DNA of 25,312 bases, taken from an uncultured archaeon. Its GTDB lineage: Archaea; Iainarchaeota; Iainarchaeia; Iainarchaeales; JAAZKV01. Location of the stretch: assembly GCA_964578405.1 (NCBI GenBank), contig CAZOCW010000003.1, forward strand, positions 1-25,312, in the 5' to 3' direction. Shown piece after piece: positions 9,501 through 17,069 of the stretch (positions are counted from its first letter, which is position 1; each line of letters opens with the position of its first letter). A program made the position numbers and the translations under genes. The notes below the pieces were generated by a model. The model worked only from the letters and a program-made list of their open reading frames with translations. It searched no databases and was not told the origin of the DNA.

Positions 9501-9931
9501 AAGACTTTTCATCAAATCAAGAATACACATTTACTGATGGGTACATGGATAATAATTATAGACAATTCTCTTGGCCAGCTGGAAGAAATGTTGGAACTAT
9601 TAGTCTTGCAACAGTATTCTTTACTCCAAACACACTTGGAACATTTAATCCAACTTACTTGACTTCTTCAGATAGTAATTATACTAAATTATATTCAGTT
9701 GATCAATTAGTAAATGGAGTAGCAGGGCAATCAGTATTATTGAATTACTATGATACTCAAGAAGGGATTGATTATACTACTATCAAAGGAGTATTTGATA
9801 AACTTTCAAGTACTCAAATGTGTGTGACACAAAACCAAGCTGAAAATATGAAAGTATTTTGGAACCCTGATTACTTACAATCACTAATTGATTTAGTTCC
9901 AAATAAACAAGGAAAAGATTGTACTGACTAG
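3566..9931 (+). CDS. Giant membrane-anchored surface protein (2121 aa): carboxypeptidase-regulatory-like/Ig-like beta-sandwich repeats, a Pro/Gly/Trp-rich insert, and a C-terminal domain shared with the next gene
   Basis: TTG start with SD-like AGTGA and an N-terminal TM helix (FILFLLFLLLLILGAGAFLFL). Repeated motifs of the type V.V.n..G.PI.GA.V.L and TD.NG.....L..G.Y.I.A are typical of these beta-sandwiches. Confidence 0.85.
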   Translation: MGIYSFFEDKWYDLLEGVNKFVPILAVTDQIDKIIPSFILFLLFLLLLILGAGAFLFLNTTPAYDVEVIVLNKVGNPIEGAVVKLSMICKEEELQVLTNAQGKVSFTACDTSVDVTVEKQAYKQLMVPLDFSEEKSQTLSLSPIEVPVREVNVTVVDASQNLIQSAGLELTCVNGNDLNKQIVTTNNPSNIQGTQGFKVTVPNGCTLVQLKATATSYTENIVTLNSTENTKKIVLEKPVVLGTAIFTANSPMGLQSDAIITVTDSDDKEYTLYTLANGQVIKQFTAGNYSYNAVASGAQDSGTFTVIANKPVDVNVYFSKLVPIIDTTKMIYLSLKDGNSFVGGAEAKIFFTKASDTNYWMPLSSTLAGTIGPSPVTDTNNKTFTAIIKANNYETKLVPIELKLKSDSPQLVAMKQGGTTLKIKVVNDLNVPVSNVQTVLYISSFAGYFDKSALTDVNGLTQYKGLPSGTYKITAKTETDEGELTNVIVSGTTKEVILRMVTGRGTIKFNLMDDEGKANALVQFYVQNPNGTFTKTFEGKTTKYYYDSNTLKAEQKVKLVVIDENYIPTESFVYTLKRGTQDKTLFLRKQALLPNQRETQMMLRQVYANNPLLLGETVATRIMPGQKYYLLFDLVLNKEEDRNVIANFYVGPEDKNTLIAHNPFTLGYTVSKGTYSPVLSSKLEGFEINPSEAANPNLIKSGDYNAKQLNVRFGSQNGLQMIPIIVEITVDENATGKTKIFWQSRFGDIPSPTTMSLLYSKEFEIGKAFCMGLDCPAFLFSNYIKHADDNSKPISDNIEVLLLNEPYKMQTIVENLTDELIGDANLSLTIEKAGQVRLLFAGDKNVTSAPVTINPLAQTNLAQFDLNTKTSAIGAIKVFESVQKMQGGTDILASTEGNKNNFVRFEVRNRNDLNIIVVATQTNGVIYEKSYYPFFVINVLSINGMNRGQKTGIKATWEAKIDNGTTNGLEFKCLPLTNTCNGTTDENGYATIPFDATNITAGTRIIFTAVDENNSTPARTVVTVTKAFPDPIPDPIQCIKMRISGTIVDSNYIASHPFPSINLDVNVIDVRNNSLSLIYPDDLACEGVKRVTITTEIQATPKTFDMNKGQTVTIALDGSPTVAAKEGMLGAYPLVINSSGQGVSGKVGEIDVIMSDPNSPFVLSNPIVDLRVVDKVNVSVTNKDTAGRQDNFYPKVDISTNSVSIVYHKPGVPTIYLLSPKVIGSAIESLINGVTWAQEVGQHGSSCMNPTYATPDDFLFKEDILQLCTAMVTNVSKYKPTPKPEPDINLGINTNTTPQSLASGKENVGKIYFETSTPTGDPKDAEEGDIYSLYPPGLLGPITFPIETCHQDALNSPYVAAERPPNWQGSVENSPIWTGGGEKGFIQMQVLSTHQCGDQRIDGEGSIGTDPTTGEVIAGEGEMAPYAYLFHSHGTTEGSGFLGWGTRDNPCTFNTQIEKARIFNWQQEVQKEWTKDYNIIPIEGPPKSLGSYEATPTPQWGDISEYAGHAPGDTWTMDNGYLMGVVCVQPMGFIPMEKGERDVKYTDWPKDGPPLEDPADPLVEYDDSGMIKYKLDPSSIPEGINMFLHNGQVYAQYIGVPEIASKVIDINYSRVNLLGSEYATMTVSDWYQGVKTTKKFQMHLVGNPTNCYTAEGQAGLTGKEFVPKVRFNWDWNSILTNTCDSTNNDYIYCDATQFTTELFKKFPLIQSAKVNIQDELLPRYTSFYSYLIKDNYSDKFLADFYKYNSTAVFNSTGNFLSTLTNVGYDRFITEHKLHFRMRDSSGTIWDTNTWLPKGGIYRVEIDVNFNDPNVHSMFDGNTLNAEIFVTFTLVREAPNYNPFYETPFDGMVGIENGINIRDGYGSGLVPTSEISLPLALGMANLTKSNNSMVKINYQTETNLSRLNKGVVLEYINGSADNNKTLKFYPAQPGPVLMNITSTTAGPVTATYKLNGFDAGTGMTKKWTMVSSTIGKSKCQDFSSNQEYTFTDGYMDNNYRQFSWPAGRNVGTISLATVFFTPNTLGTFNPTYLTSSDSNYTKLYSVDQLVNGVAGQSVLLNYYDTQEGIDYTTIKGVFDKLSSTQMCVTQNQAENMKVFWNPDYLQSLIDLVPNKQGKDCTD

Positions 9932-10018
9932 TACCCAAGTTAGCTGATGATAGTTTTTACTAGGGCAAAAAACACTTTTTTTCTCAATCCTTAAAGTATT
10001 TAAATCAAAAAAACCTTA

Positions 10019-10082
10019 TATTGAAGGACAAAAATGCATGATTTGTCCTTCAATAGCTATCAAAAAATGTTGTTTTTTGATA
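10019..10082. repeat. Double inverted-repeat element, copy B
   Basis: TATTGAAGGACAAA (10019-10032)/TTTGTCCTTCAATA (10042-10055), a GC linker, then TATCAAAAAA (10058-10067)/TTTTTTGATA (10073-10082). Confidence 0.85.
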
Positions 10083-10112
10083 TTACTTTAGTGCTTTTTT
10101 AGGTTGAATAAA

Positions 10113-13100
10113 ATGGGTAAAGGGCAACAGAATTATTATGCTGAAGAAGAGGATACTCCTCAAGAACAATCAAGCGATCAACCAATTTTTGCTGGACTTA
10201 CTTTTAGAAAAATTACTTCAATTGCGCTAATTCTATTAGTTTTAGTAATAGTTCTTTTCTTAGTTTTAAATTTACTTGGACAAAAAGGAGGCCCATTGTT
10301 TTTGAATTCTGATGGGAACAAAATTTTGGGGCATGCAACTTTGTCAAAAGATGGAAAATTACTTGATTCATTTGCCATGGATGGAAATAAACTTTCCATA
10401 ACTGGAAATCCAAATAACACTGTTTATTCCACAATTAAAACAAACGGGTTAATTGATGGAAATAAAAAAATTGAATTTATAATTAGGGATTCTCGCGGGA
10501 GAATAACTTCAATTAAAGTATCTTCAAGTGATGTTTCAATTGATGAAAATGGAAACATTCATTTTTCTTTCAAACCAACTGAGGACATGAATCTTGATGA
10601 TTACTATGATGAGAATACTGGGGAGTATAATTTTCCAAATGGAGAGACTGTTGATTTAGAATTTGAATTTGTTATAACTAATGATGAGAATGAAACTGCA
10701 ATAATTGATATTCCTGCAGAATTTATTTTCCAAGATTTTATTCAAAGTGGATGCATTGCTTTTGAAAAAACAACAATTAGAGAATCCACCCACTTTGGAG
10801 CACTAGAACTTAATACGCGAATGAGAGTAATTTGTGCGGTTCCTGCGGATCTAGTTTCAAACCTTGAATGGCAAGGAGAAAGAATGGGGAATGTGGAAGT
10901 TAGATTTAATGAAATTTACAAAAACTCTTCAGTGCTTACTCCTTATGCAAAATCAGTTTATGCAACAATCCCTCAAGGAGAGTATAATGTAAAAATTATT
11001 TTTACTCCATTCAAAGAATATTCTGGACAAAAAGCTTCATTCTTTGTTAACTTTGCTTTAGGGACAAGCACAGCAAAATTAGATTTTGATGTTGCAATTG
11101 ATAATTTAGAACAATGCATTAAACTTACTCCTGAAAAAGTTGTAATACCTGCTGATCAAGATTCTGCTAATTTAACTATTGATGTTTCTTCTTGTGCATC
11201 AAGTAAAGTGGAAATTAGTATTTGTGATAATGATCCTAGTTGTGCTGGAGGGAGCGAGGGCGGGATAGATGTTTCTCAAATGTTTTTTGCACTTAATACT
11301 GGAAGTGGCTCAACTAAAACTATTAGAATAACTCGAGGAGAAATTGCTGGTGCGTATGGTGCAACAATTTATGCACGTGCACCAGGAATTGAAAAAGTAT
11401 TTGTTGATGATAAACTTGTAATTGTTGAACCAAACTCTGATGCAACAATTGTTCCTGATAAATATGTTGTTTCACTAATTGGGGGCGCAAGAGATTCTGT
11501 TCGAATAACAAATAAAACTTTGGCAGAAAATGTTAATGTTAATACAAGTATTTGTTCGGTTTACAAAGGTTCTTTAGGAATAACTGGGGATACTTCAATT
11601 GGTGCTGCAATCACTGCTTACGGAGGAACAAAAAGTTGGTGGTATGATTTAGCAACAAACCCTGATAGATATGCTGGGAGTGGAAAGTATCAAGCATCTT
11701 TAATTAATACACTTGCCGCACTTGATAATATTAGAGCTGCTACTCAAAATTCTTCTCAATCCAAAAATTCTTTAATTAAAACTGCATTTTTAACAGGAAG
11801 TGATATTGCAACAACAGTTACGGAAACTGTTACTGCTTCAGATCAAGCAACAGAAAAATTAACTGATTTACAAACTGCTTCTGATCATTATAATCAATTT
11901 GCGACTGTTGATCTTGCTACAACTTATGCTTCATTGGCTTCAAATGCAGCTTCACTTTATCTTGGTGCATCAACTGTGGGGACAACTACGGTTTCTGCAA
12001 AATCCGCAACAGTGGCTTATCAAGCGGCTACTATTTCTGTCTTATGCACTTCTGCCCAACCAGGTGCTTCGACAGCGGTTAATAGTGAACTTATTGCAGA
12101 GGGTATTTTAGCTACAGAATATGCTCTTCAGGCTAAAGGAATTTATGATGCTGTTGCGGCAATGGCGGATCCGCCAAAAGAGATTAATCCGAGTGCAGCA
12201 GTTACAAAAAATGAAACACTTGTAGAAAAAATAACTGAATTAAAAACACACACTGATAAAACAATGGATTATTTGAGACTTGCTTTGAAATATGCTTCAC
12301 TTGATTCTTTTACAAATGCTTCAAAGGATGATGCTAAAGTTGTTGAATATTTAAAACTTGCAAAAGCAGAAAATGTTTTGGCACAAGCCTCATTAGTTGC
12401 TGCGCAATCTGCAGCTGCTGATGCTGATGATGAATTAACTACAATGATACAAGAAGAAATGAGTGATTTGGACAAAGCTATTTCCTATGTTTCAATGGTT
12501 GATTCAATACTCCAATTACTTCCTGCGTGTATTGCTAGTAATTTTACCGTGACTGGTAATGCAACATCCGCCCAGAGTGGAATGACTGCTTCATACGCTG
12601 CTGCAGGGGCTGAATGCACTGCAACTTCTGGGTTAAGTCCGTGCTGTGCTCTTGTTGCAGTTGGTCCTACCGTTGGTGCGGCAGCTAATGCAGCAATTGC
12701 TTCTCAACAAGCAGCATTGGGTGCTAATAACGGAACGTTAACAGCATTATCTGCTTTGTCTTTAGGTCTTCAAGGGTATACTATTTGGAGACAAGCAGAA
12801 CTCCCTGCAATGATTACTGCAACAAATGATGCAAGAAATAGTTTGTCTACGGTTATTGCAAAACTTTCTGCGGTTGGAGCAAAACTTGATGCATTAGAGT
12901 TAGCAATTGATCCTGCAATTACTGCGGCTGAATGGTTAAGCACTGAAGAAAAAAATGCAGCAGATGGATCAACTTACGATACTTACCTTGGAATAAATTT
13001 TAGTGATGAGTTTAATAAAAAAAGAATGACTGGATTAATTTCAACTGCAATTATGAATGGATTTGTAAATGGGGCTTATGCTGGGGGAGTTTATACTACT

Positions 13101-15389
13101 GCAAATACTTTTGCCACAGGAAGTGCTTCACCAATTAGAACACAAGAAAATAATTCAAATAAAGAAAATAAAATTTCTTTTGAAGATACTACTGATACAA
13201 CTACGGGGGATACAAGTACAACTTCAACAGATACTTCTACAACTGTTGATACTTCAGAAACAAGTAATGTTGAATTAAAAGAAAATTGTTCAAATCAAAT
13301 TTCATTAATCGTTCCTGATTACATTGTTAATTTAGTTCATGACGGAAAACAAATTGTTGTTTCAAATCCGGGAGTAACTGCTGTTTGGGATCACTCGGAT
13401 GCAAAAGTATTTGATGTGTTTGAATCTCAAGAAACTGGGGTAAAATTTGCAAATTCTGGAATTAAAAATAATTCTTATGGAGTAGTAGAATTTAATATTG
13501 CTAAACACCTTCATGATGATCCTGCTACTGTTACGGGGACAGATTTTGGGCCATTTAATGTCACTGATTCAAGTGTACAAGAAATGAAAGTAAAATACCA
13601 CTTCAAGTTTAATTCAATGCCAAGGCAAGGAAATAATTACACTCCTGTTGCAAACAATGAGTGTATCGATGGATTAATGAGAGGAAATACTGGGAACGCA
13701 GGAATACCAAAAGTAATTATGTCTTGGGATTGGAATAGTGTAAAAGGAGTGGGGTCTATTGCGGGTGCAGGAAGTTCTCAAAGAAATATCTCTAATGCAA
13801 TAGTTGGAGAAAATAATCCTGACGAACCATATCTTGATGCAACACAATTAACAATATTAATAAGTAAAAAACTTGGATCTTTATCAAATTTCTTAGAAAC
13901 TGTAACTCCTCAATGCCCTGAAAATCCAGCGAACAAAATTCTTGTTGCAGTTAGACCATTTATTTCAAATCCAACAACTGGATTACCTTATACGGGTGAA
14001 ACACAAGATGCAGGAAACTTTTGTTATTTACCATTAACTACAAGATATTATGATGGCAAACCCGCACTTTATTATTTTGTTGAAGATTCTCCAATGACTG
14101 CTTGGGAATTTTTCTTTAGTGATACTGAAAGAATAAATAATGCTCAAGAATTAATTAAACTAGTAGACTTTAATGTAAATTTAATGAGAGATGGGTATGG
14201 AACTGATTTCCAATATGATTTCGTAAACAGATTTACTAATTCAATAATGCAAGCAGGACCTTCATTTATGGATCCTAACCAAGGAGCAAGAAGATACTTT
14301 AGTGACAAGGAAAGAATTTATTTTAGTTCACAAGCTAATGCACTAAATGCAAATTCAAAGTGGGTTCTTCCTGATGCTGGAAAATACAGAGTACGAATGT
14401 TAATTGATTTTGAAGATGTTGCAAAAATATTTGATGGATCAAGTCCACAAGCAAGAATAATAGTTGAATTATATTCTCTTGATCCTGTAAATAGTGGATA
14501 CAGTCCATTGTATTATATGCCAATTGATGGACTTGTTGGATTAAGTGCTAGCGGATCAAGAACAAGTTACGGTTCATCAATTACTAGTGGGAGTACTTTT
14601 GATATTTCAAAGAGTGACGGAGTTTACCTGGATACAAGTCAAAAAAATTCTCTTGTAAAAATTAATTATTCTAAAGTAGAGGATTTCTTTACGCTAAATG
14701 CTCTTCCATCAATGCGAGGAAAACTACTTGAGTTAAAATATAATTATAATCCAAAAACAATGCGTGATGAAAACTCTTACATAAAATATTTCCCAAGTGT
14801 TGCAACTCCTCTGCTCTTTGAAATACAGGGATTAGAAGGACAACAAACATTTTACACTTACTCTGTAAAAAGAAATAATCAACCTATTAATTCAACATTT
14901 AGTAATATGCTATTGTTGTCTAGCGTTGGAAAGTGTACTGATCTTGCTGGAGCTCCTCTCTCAGGCTTTTATTATAAAGCTCCGGATTATGGTGAAAACG
15001 GAATGTATGGGGTATTATTACCAACTGCACAAGTAAGTGGAACAACTTATTTGAAATCAATTACTTATTCTCCATTAATGGATGCATTTGATATGTTAAA
15101 ACCTAAAAATGGACAAATTTATAATCCTAGTGATTTAAAAGGAATAAATAATCCTGTTGCATTAATTGGAATAAGTGGAATGCCTTACAATGATAAAAGT
15201 GCAAATTCAACTCCTGCTTCATTAACTGATCTACTTAAAGGAGTAGAGGCAAAGAGCATTTGTGTATCTTCACTGGGTGATCGAGAATTCTTCTTTTGGC
15301 CAGAAGACAAATTATACTCAACAAATAGTCTTGAGGGCGGATCACTCAACTCTCTTGAAAATACTGCTAAAGGAAATTGTGTACAATAA
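10113..15389 (+). CDS. Giant membrane-anchored surface protein (about 1758 aa) with an Ala-rich helical insert and a C-terminal domain paralogous to the upstream gene
   Basis: ATG 10113 follows SD-like AGGTTGA (the track starts at TTG 10104). It has an acidic N-tail, one TM helix (IALILLVLVIVLFLVLNLL), a beta-rich region, an Ala-rich region, an S/T/D linker and the shared C-terminal motifs. Confidence 0.85.
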   Translation: MGKGQQNYYAEEEDTPQEQSSDQPIFAGLTFRKITSIALILLVLVIVLFLVLNLLGQKGGPLFLNSDGNKILGHATLSKDGKLLDSFAMDGNKLSITGNPNNTVYSTIKTNGLIDGNKKIEFIIRDSRGRITSIKVSSSDVSIDENGNIHFSFKPTEDMNLDDYYDENTGEYNFPNGETVDLEFEFVITNDENETAIIDIPAEFIFQDFIQSGCIAFEKTTIRESTHFGALELNTRMRVICAVPADLVSNLEWQGERMGNVEVRFNEIYKNSSVLTPYAKSVYATIPQGEYNVKIIFTPFKEYSGQKASFFVNFALGTSTAKLDFDVAIDNLEQCIKLTPEKVVIPADQDSANLTIDVSSCASSKVEISICDNDPSCAGGSEGGIDVSQMFFALNTGSGSTKTIRITRGEIAGAYGATIYARAPGIEKVFVDDKLVIVEPNSDATIVPDKYVVSLIGGARDSVRITNKTLAENVNVNTSICSVYKGSLGITGDTSIGAAITAYGGTKSWWYDLATNPDRYAGSGKYQASLINTLAALDNIRAATQNSSQSKNSLIKTAFLTGSDIATTVTETVTASDQATEKLTDLQTASDHYNQFATVDLATTYASLASNAASLYLGASTVGTTTVSAKSATVAYQAATISVLCTSAQPGASTAVNSELIAEGILATEYALQAKGIYDAVAAMADPPKEINPSAAVTKNETLVEKITELKTHTDKTMDYLRLALKYASLDSFTNASKDDAKVVEYLKLAKAENVLAQASLVAAQSAAADADDELTTMIQEEMSDLDKAISYVSMVDSILQLLPACIASNFTVTGNATSAQSGMTASYAAAGAECTATSGLSPCCALVAVGPTVGAAANAAIASQQAALGANNGTLTALSALSLGLQGYTIWRQAELPAMITATNDARNSLSTVIAKLSAVGAKLDALELAIDPAITAAEWLSTEEKNAADGSTYDTYLGINFSDEFNKKRMTGLISTAIMNGFVNGAYAGGVYTTANTFATGSASPIRTQENNSNKENKISFEDTTDTTTGDTSTTSTDTSTTVDTSETSNVELKENCSNQISLIVPDYIVNLVHDGKQIVVSNPGVTAVWDHSDAKVFDVFESQETGVKFANSGIKNNSYGVVEFNIAKHLHDDPATVTGTDFGPFNVTDSSVQEMKVKYHFKFNSMPRQGNNYTPVANNECIDGLMRGNTGNAGIPKVIMSWDWNSVKGVGSIAGAGSSQRNISNAIVGENNPDEPYLDATQLTILISKKLGSLSNFLETVTPQCPENPANKILVAVRPFISNPTTGLPYTGETQDAGNFCYLPLTTRYYDGKPALYYFVEDSPMTAWEFFFSDTERINNAQELIKLVDFNVNLMRDGYGTDFQYDFVNRFTNSIMQAGPSFMDPNQGARRYFSDKERIYFSSQANALNANSKWVLPDAGKYRVRMLIDFEDVAKIFDGSSPQARIIVELYSLDPVNSGYSPLYYMPIDGLVGLSASGSRTSYGSSITSGSTFDISKSDGVYLDTSQKNSLVKINYSKVEDFFTLNALPSMRGKLLELKYNYNPKTMRDENSYIKYFPSVATPLLFEIQGLEGQQTFYTYSVKRNNQPINSTFSNMLLLSSVGKCTDLAGAPLSGFYYKAPDYGENGMYGVLLPTAQVSGTTYLKSITYSPLMDAFDMLKPKNGQIYNPSDLKGINNPVALIGISGMPYNDKSANSTPASLTDLLKGVEAKSICVSSLGDREFFFWPEDKLYSTNSLEGGSLNSLENTAKGNCVQ

Positions 15390-15411
15390 AAAAATTGAAC
15401 GAAAGAGAAAT

Positions 15412-16383
15412 CTAGTCTCGGTCAATTATTTTAGTTTTGTATTTTGAATTCTTATTTTTTAGTAAAATTATTCTTGAATTCTCTTTTTCACTTTCAAACT
15501 TATAAGAAGGCATTAATGCTAACAGTTTATTTGTGAAACCTTTTGTGTAATCATGTGAAGGAGTATTGTGTTCTCCTAATCTTTGTCTTGAATACCCTAA
15601 CCACATATAGGATTTAACTTCAATAAAATCTGATTTTACTGCTTCAAGCATGCTTGCGAATTCTTTAATCGTTTCGTCTGAATCATTTAACTCTTTAATT
15701 AGAGTTAAACGAATTACACTTCTTGTTGGTAAGAGCGAAAGCATTGCAAGAGATTTAAGATATTTAACCCAGCCATCCTTTTCTTTATTGCAAGTAATAC
15801 TTTTGAATAACTTTTCGTTAGGCGCAACCATTGAAAGATATAATTGAGTGGGAAGAGAAGTTTCTTTCCACATTTTTTTTAACATGTTTGGATTTTCTCC
15901 GTTACTTACAATGAAAACAGTTTCAGTTCCTTTTCTTTCTTTTAATAATCTAACAAGTTCTGGTAAACGTTTGTATAAAGTTGGTTCTCCACTAAGTGAA
16001 ATTGCCCAATGTTTTGTTTCTAGAGCTTTGTTAAAAGTTTCTTTACTTACTTTGTCATGCCCTCCAAAACCACTAATTAATTTCTTTCTTTCTTCTATTA
16101 ACCCATCAATCATTTTCTTTGGATCAATTATACTATCGGGTTTATCTCCCATGTATTCTTTTGGTCTCCAACAAAAAATGCAAGAATTATTACACCAAAA
16201 AGTTGTGGGTGCGATTTGGTGGCAAGAAATTGTATCTGCTCCATAAAAATCTTGTTTGTAACAGTGGCCCTCTCCTCGAAGAGCTTTTTTATTCCACTCG
16301 CAAATCTGTATACTAGCGTCCTCAAAGAAGCCATATTTCTTATGAGAAAAATCGCTTTTCAGTTCTTTTTTGTTCAAAATCAA
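15412..16383 (-). CDS. taw1: 4-demethylwyosine synthase TYW1/Taw1 (radical SAM tRNA-modifying enzyme)
   Basis: CYKQDFYG...SCHQIAP, radical SAM motif CNNSCIFCWRP, AISLSGEPTLY, FIEVKSYMWLGYSRQRL. Confidence 0.95.
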   Translation of the reverse strand: MILNKKELKSDFSHKKYGFFEDASIQICEWNKKALRGEGHCYKQDFYGADTISCHQIAPTTFWCNNSCIFCWRPKEYMGDKPDSIIDPKKMIDGLIEERKKLISGFGGHDKVSKETFNKALETKHWAISLSGEPTLYKRLPELVRLLKERKGTETVFIVSNGENPNMLKKMWKETSLPTQLYLSMVAPNEKLFKSITCNKEKDGWVKYLKSLAMLSLLPTRSVIRLTLIKELNDSDETIKEFASMLEAVKSDFIEVKSYMWLGYSRQRLGEHNTPSHDYTKGFTNKLLALMPSYKFESEKENSRIILLKNKNSKYKTKIIDRD

Positions 16384-16440
16384 TCGACCCTATAAAAACC
16401 TTTTTGAGGGAGAATCCTTTTAAACAAAATGAATGCAGAA

Positions 16441-16467
16441 TAGTTATGCTACTTTGTAGCAAAACTA
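16441..16467. promoter_or_regulatory. Inverted repeat between divergent taw1 and DUF2666-like genes, candidate operator
   Basis: TAGTT-A-TGCTAC-TTT-GTAGCA-A-AACTA, lying downstream of a TATA-like TTTTAAA at 16418-16424. Confidence 0.4.
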
Positions 16468-16490
16468 GTTATATTTGGAAGGTGTGAGAA

Positions 16491-16940
16491 ATGGAAGGAA
16501 GTATACAATTTGTTGCAAACTATGATGATTGGAAGGCAATTAAAAAACAAACAATAACTGAGAAAACTGATCCTTTGACAGTGGCTGAATTTTTGGCTAG
16601 TTTAACTACTAGTGTTGATAATAAAGTTGAAGTAAACTTAAGAAAAAAAGTTGCACTTGATAAATTAGATGCAGCAATTGCTGCTCTAGGGCTTACAAAA
16701 GGAGATGCTGTGAAAGTACTTGAAGAAATTAATTCGAGAAGCATTTCAAAAACAATAAATGAAATTTCTCAAATACCTGAATTACAAAAAAACCAACAAA
16801 AAGAAGTAGCTGATTTTTGCAGAGTTTATGCAATGAAAAAATGTCTTAAAGCGTGCGGTCTACTGGTTGATTATTCTCAAATTGAAATACCTGGAATGGG
16901 AAGACTAAAGAAAAAAGTTCCAAAAGACGCAAAAGACTAG
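16491..16940 (+). CDS. Conserved archaeal hypothetical protein, DUF2666-like
   Basis: The N-terminus IQFVANYDDWKAIKK..I.EKT....VAEFLASL resembles DUF2666 proteins as I recall them. Strong SD AAGGTG upstream. Confidence 0.55.
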   Translation: MEGSIQFVANYDDWKAIKKQTITEKTDPLTVAEFLASLTTSVDNKVEVNLRKKVALDKLDAAIAALGLTKGDAVKVLEEINSRSISKTINEISQIPELQKNQQKEVADFCRVYAMKKCLKACGLLVDYSQIEIPGMGRLKKKVPKDAKD

Positions 16941-16984
16941 AACGGGAAGAAAGAATAATTAATTAACTCAATATGTTGGACAAA

Positions 16985-17024
16985 ATACTCTGCAGAGTAT
17001 GAGTCCTATACCCTATTAGGGTAT
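16985..17024. promoter_or_regulatory. Pair of related palindromes upstream of the pilin-like gene
   Basis: ATACTCTGCAGAGTAT (16985-17000, perfect) and ATACCCTATTAGGGTAT (17008-17024). Confidence 0.5.
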
Positions 17025-17069
17025 TTGGACATGTTTTTGGTTGTGAATTAATTTTTTGGTTAGGTAAAA

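Noticed and set aside
10113-10140. MGKGQ at the start of giant protein 2 as a class III signal peptide
   Set aside because: KGQ is followed by polar and acidic residues (QNYYAEEEDT), with no E+5 and no immediate hydrophobic helix.
5983-15447. Short ORFs inside the two giant genes (5983, 8163, 10178, 10213, 11323, 11899, 12269, 13069, 14335, 15262)
   Set aside because: They are fully or largely nested in long ORFs, and their composition is explained by the codon bias of the real frame.
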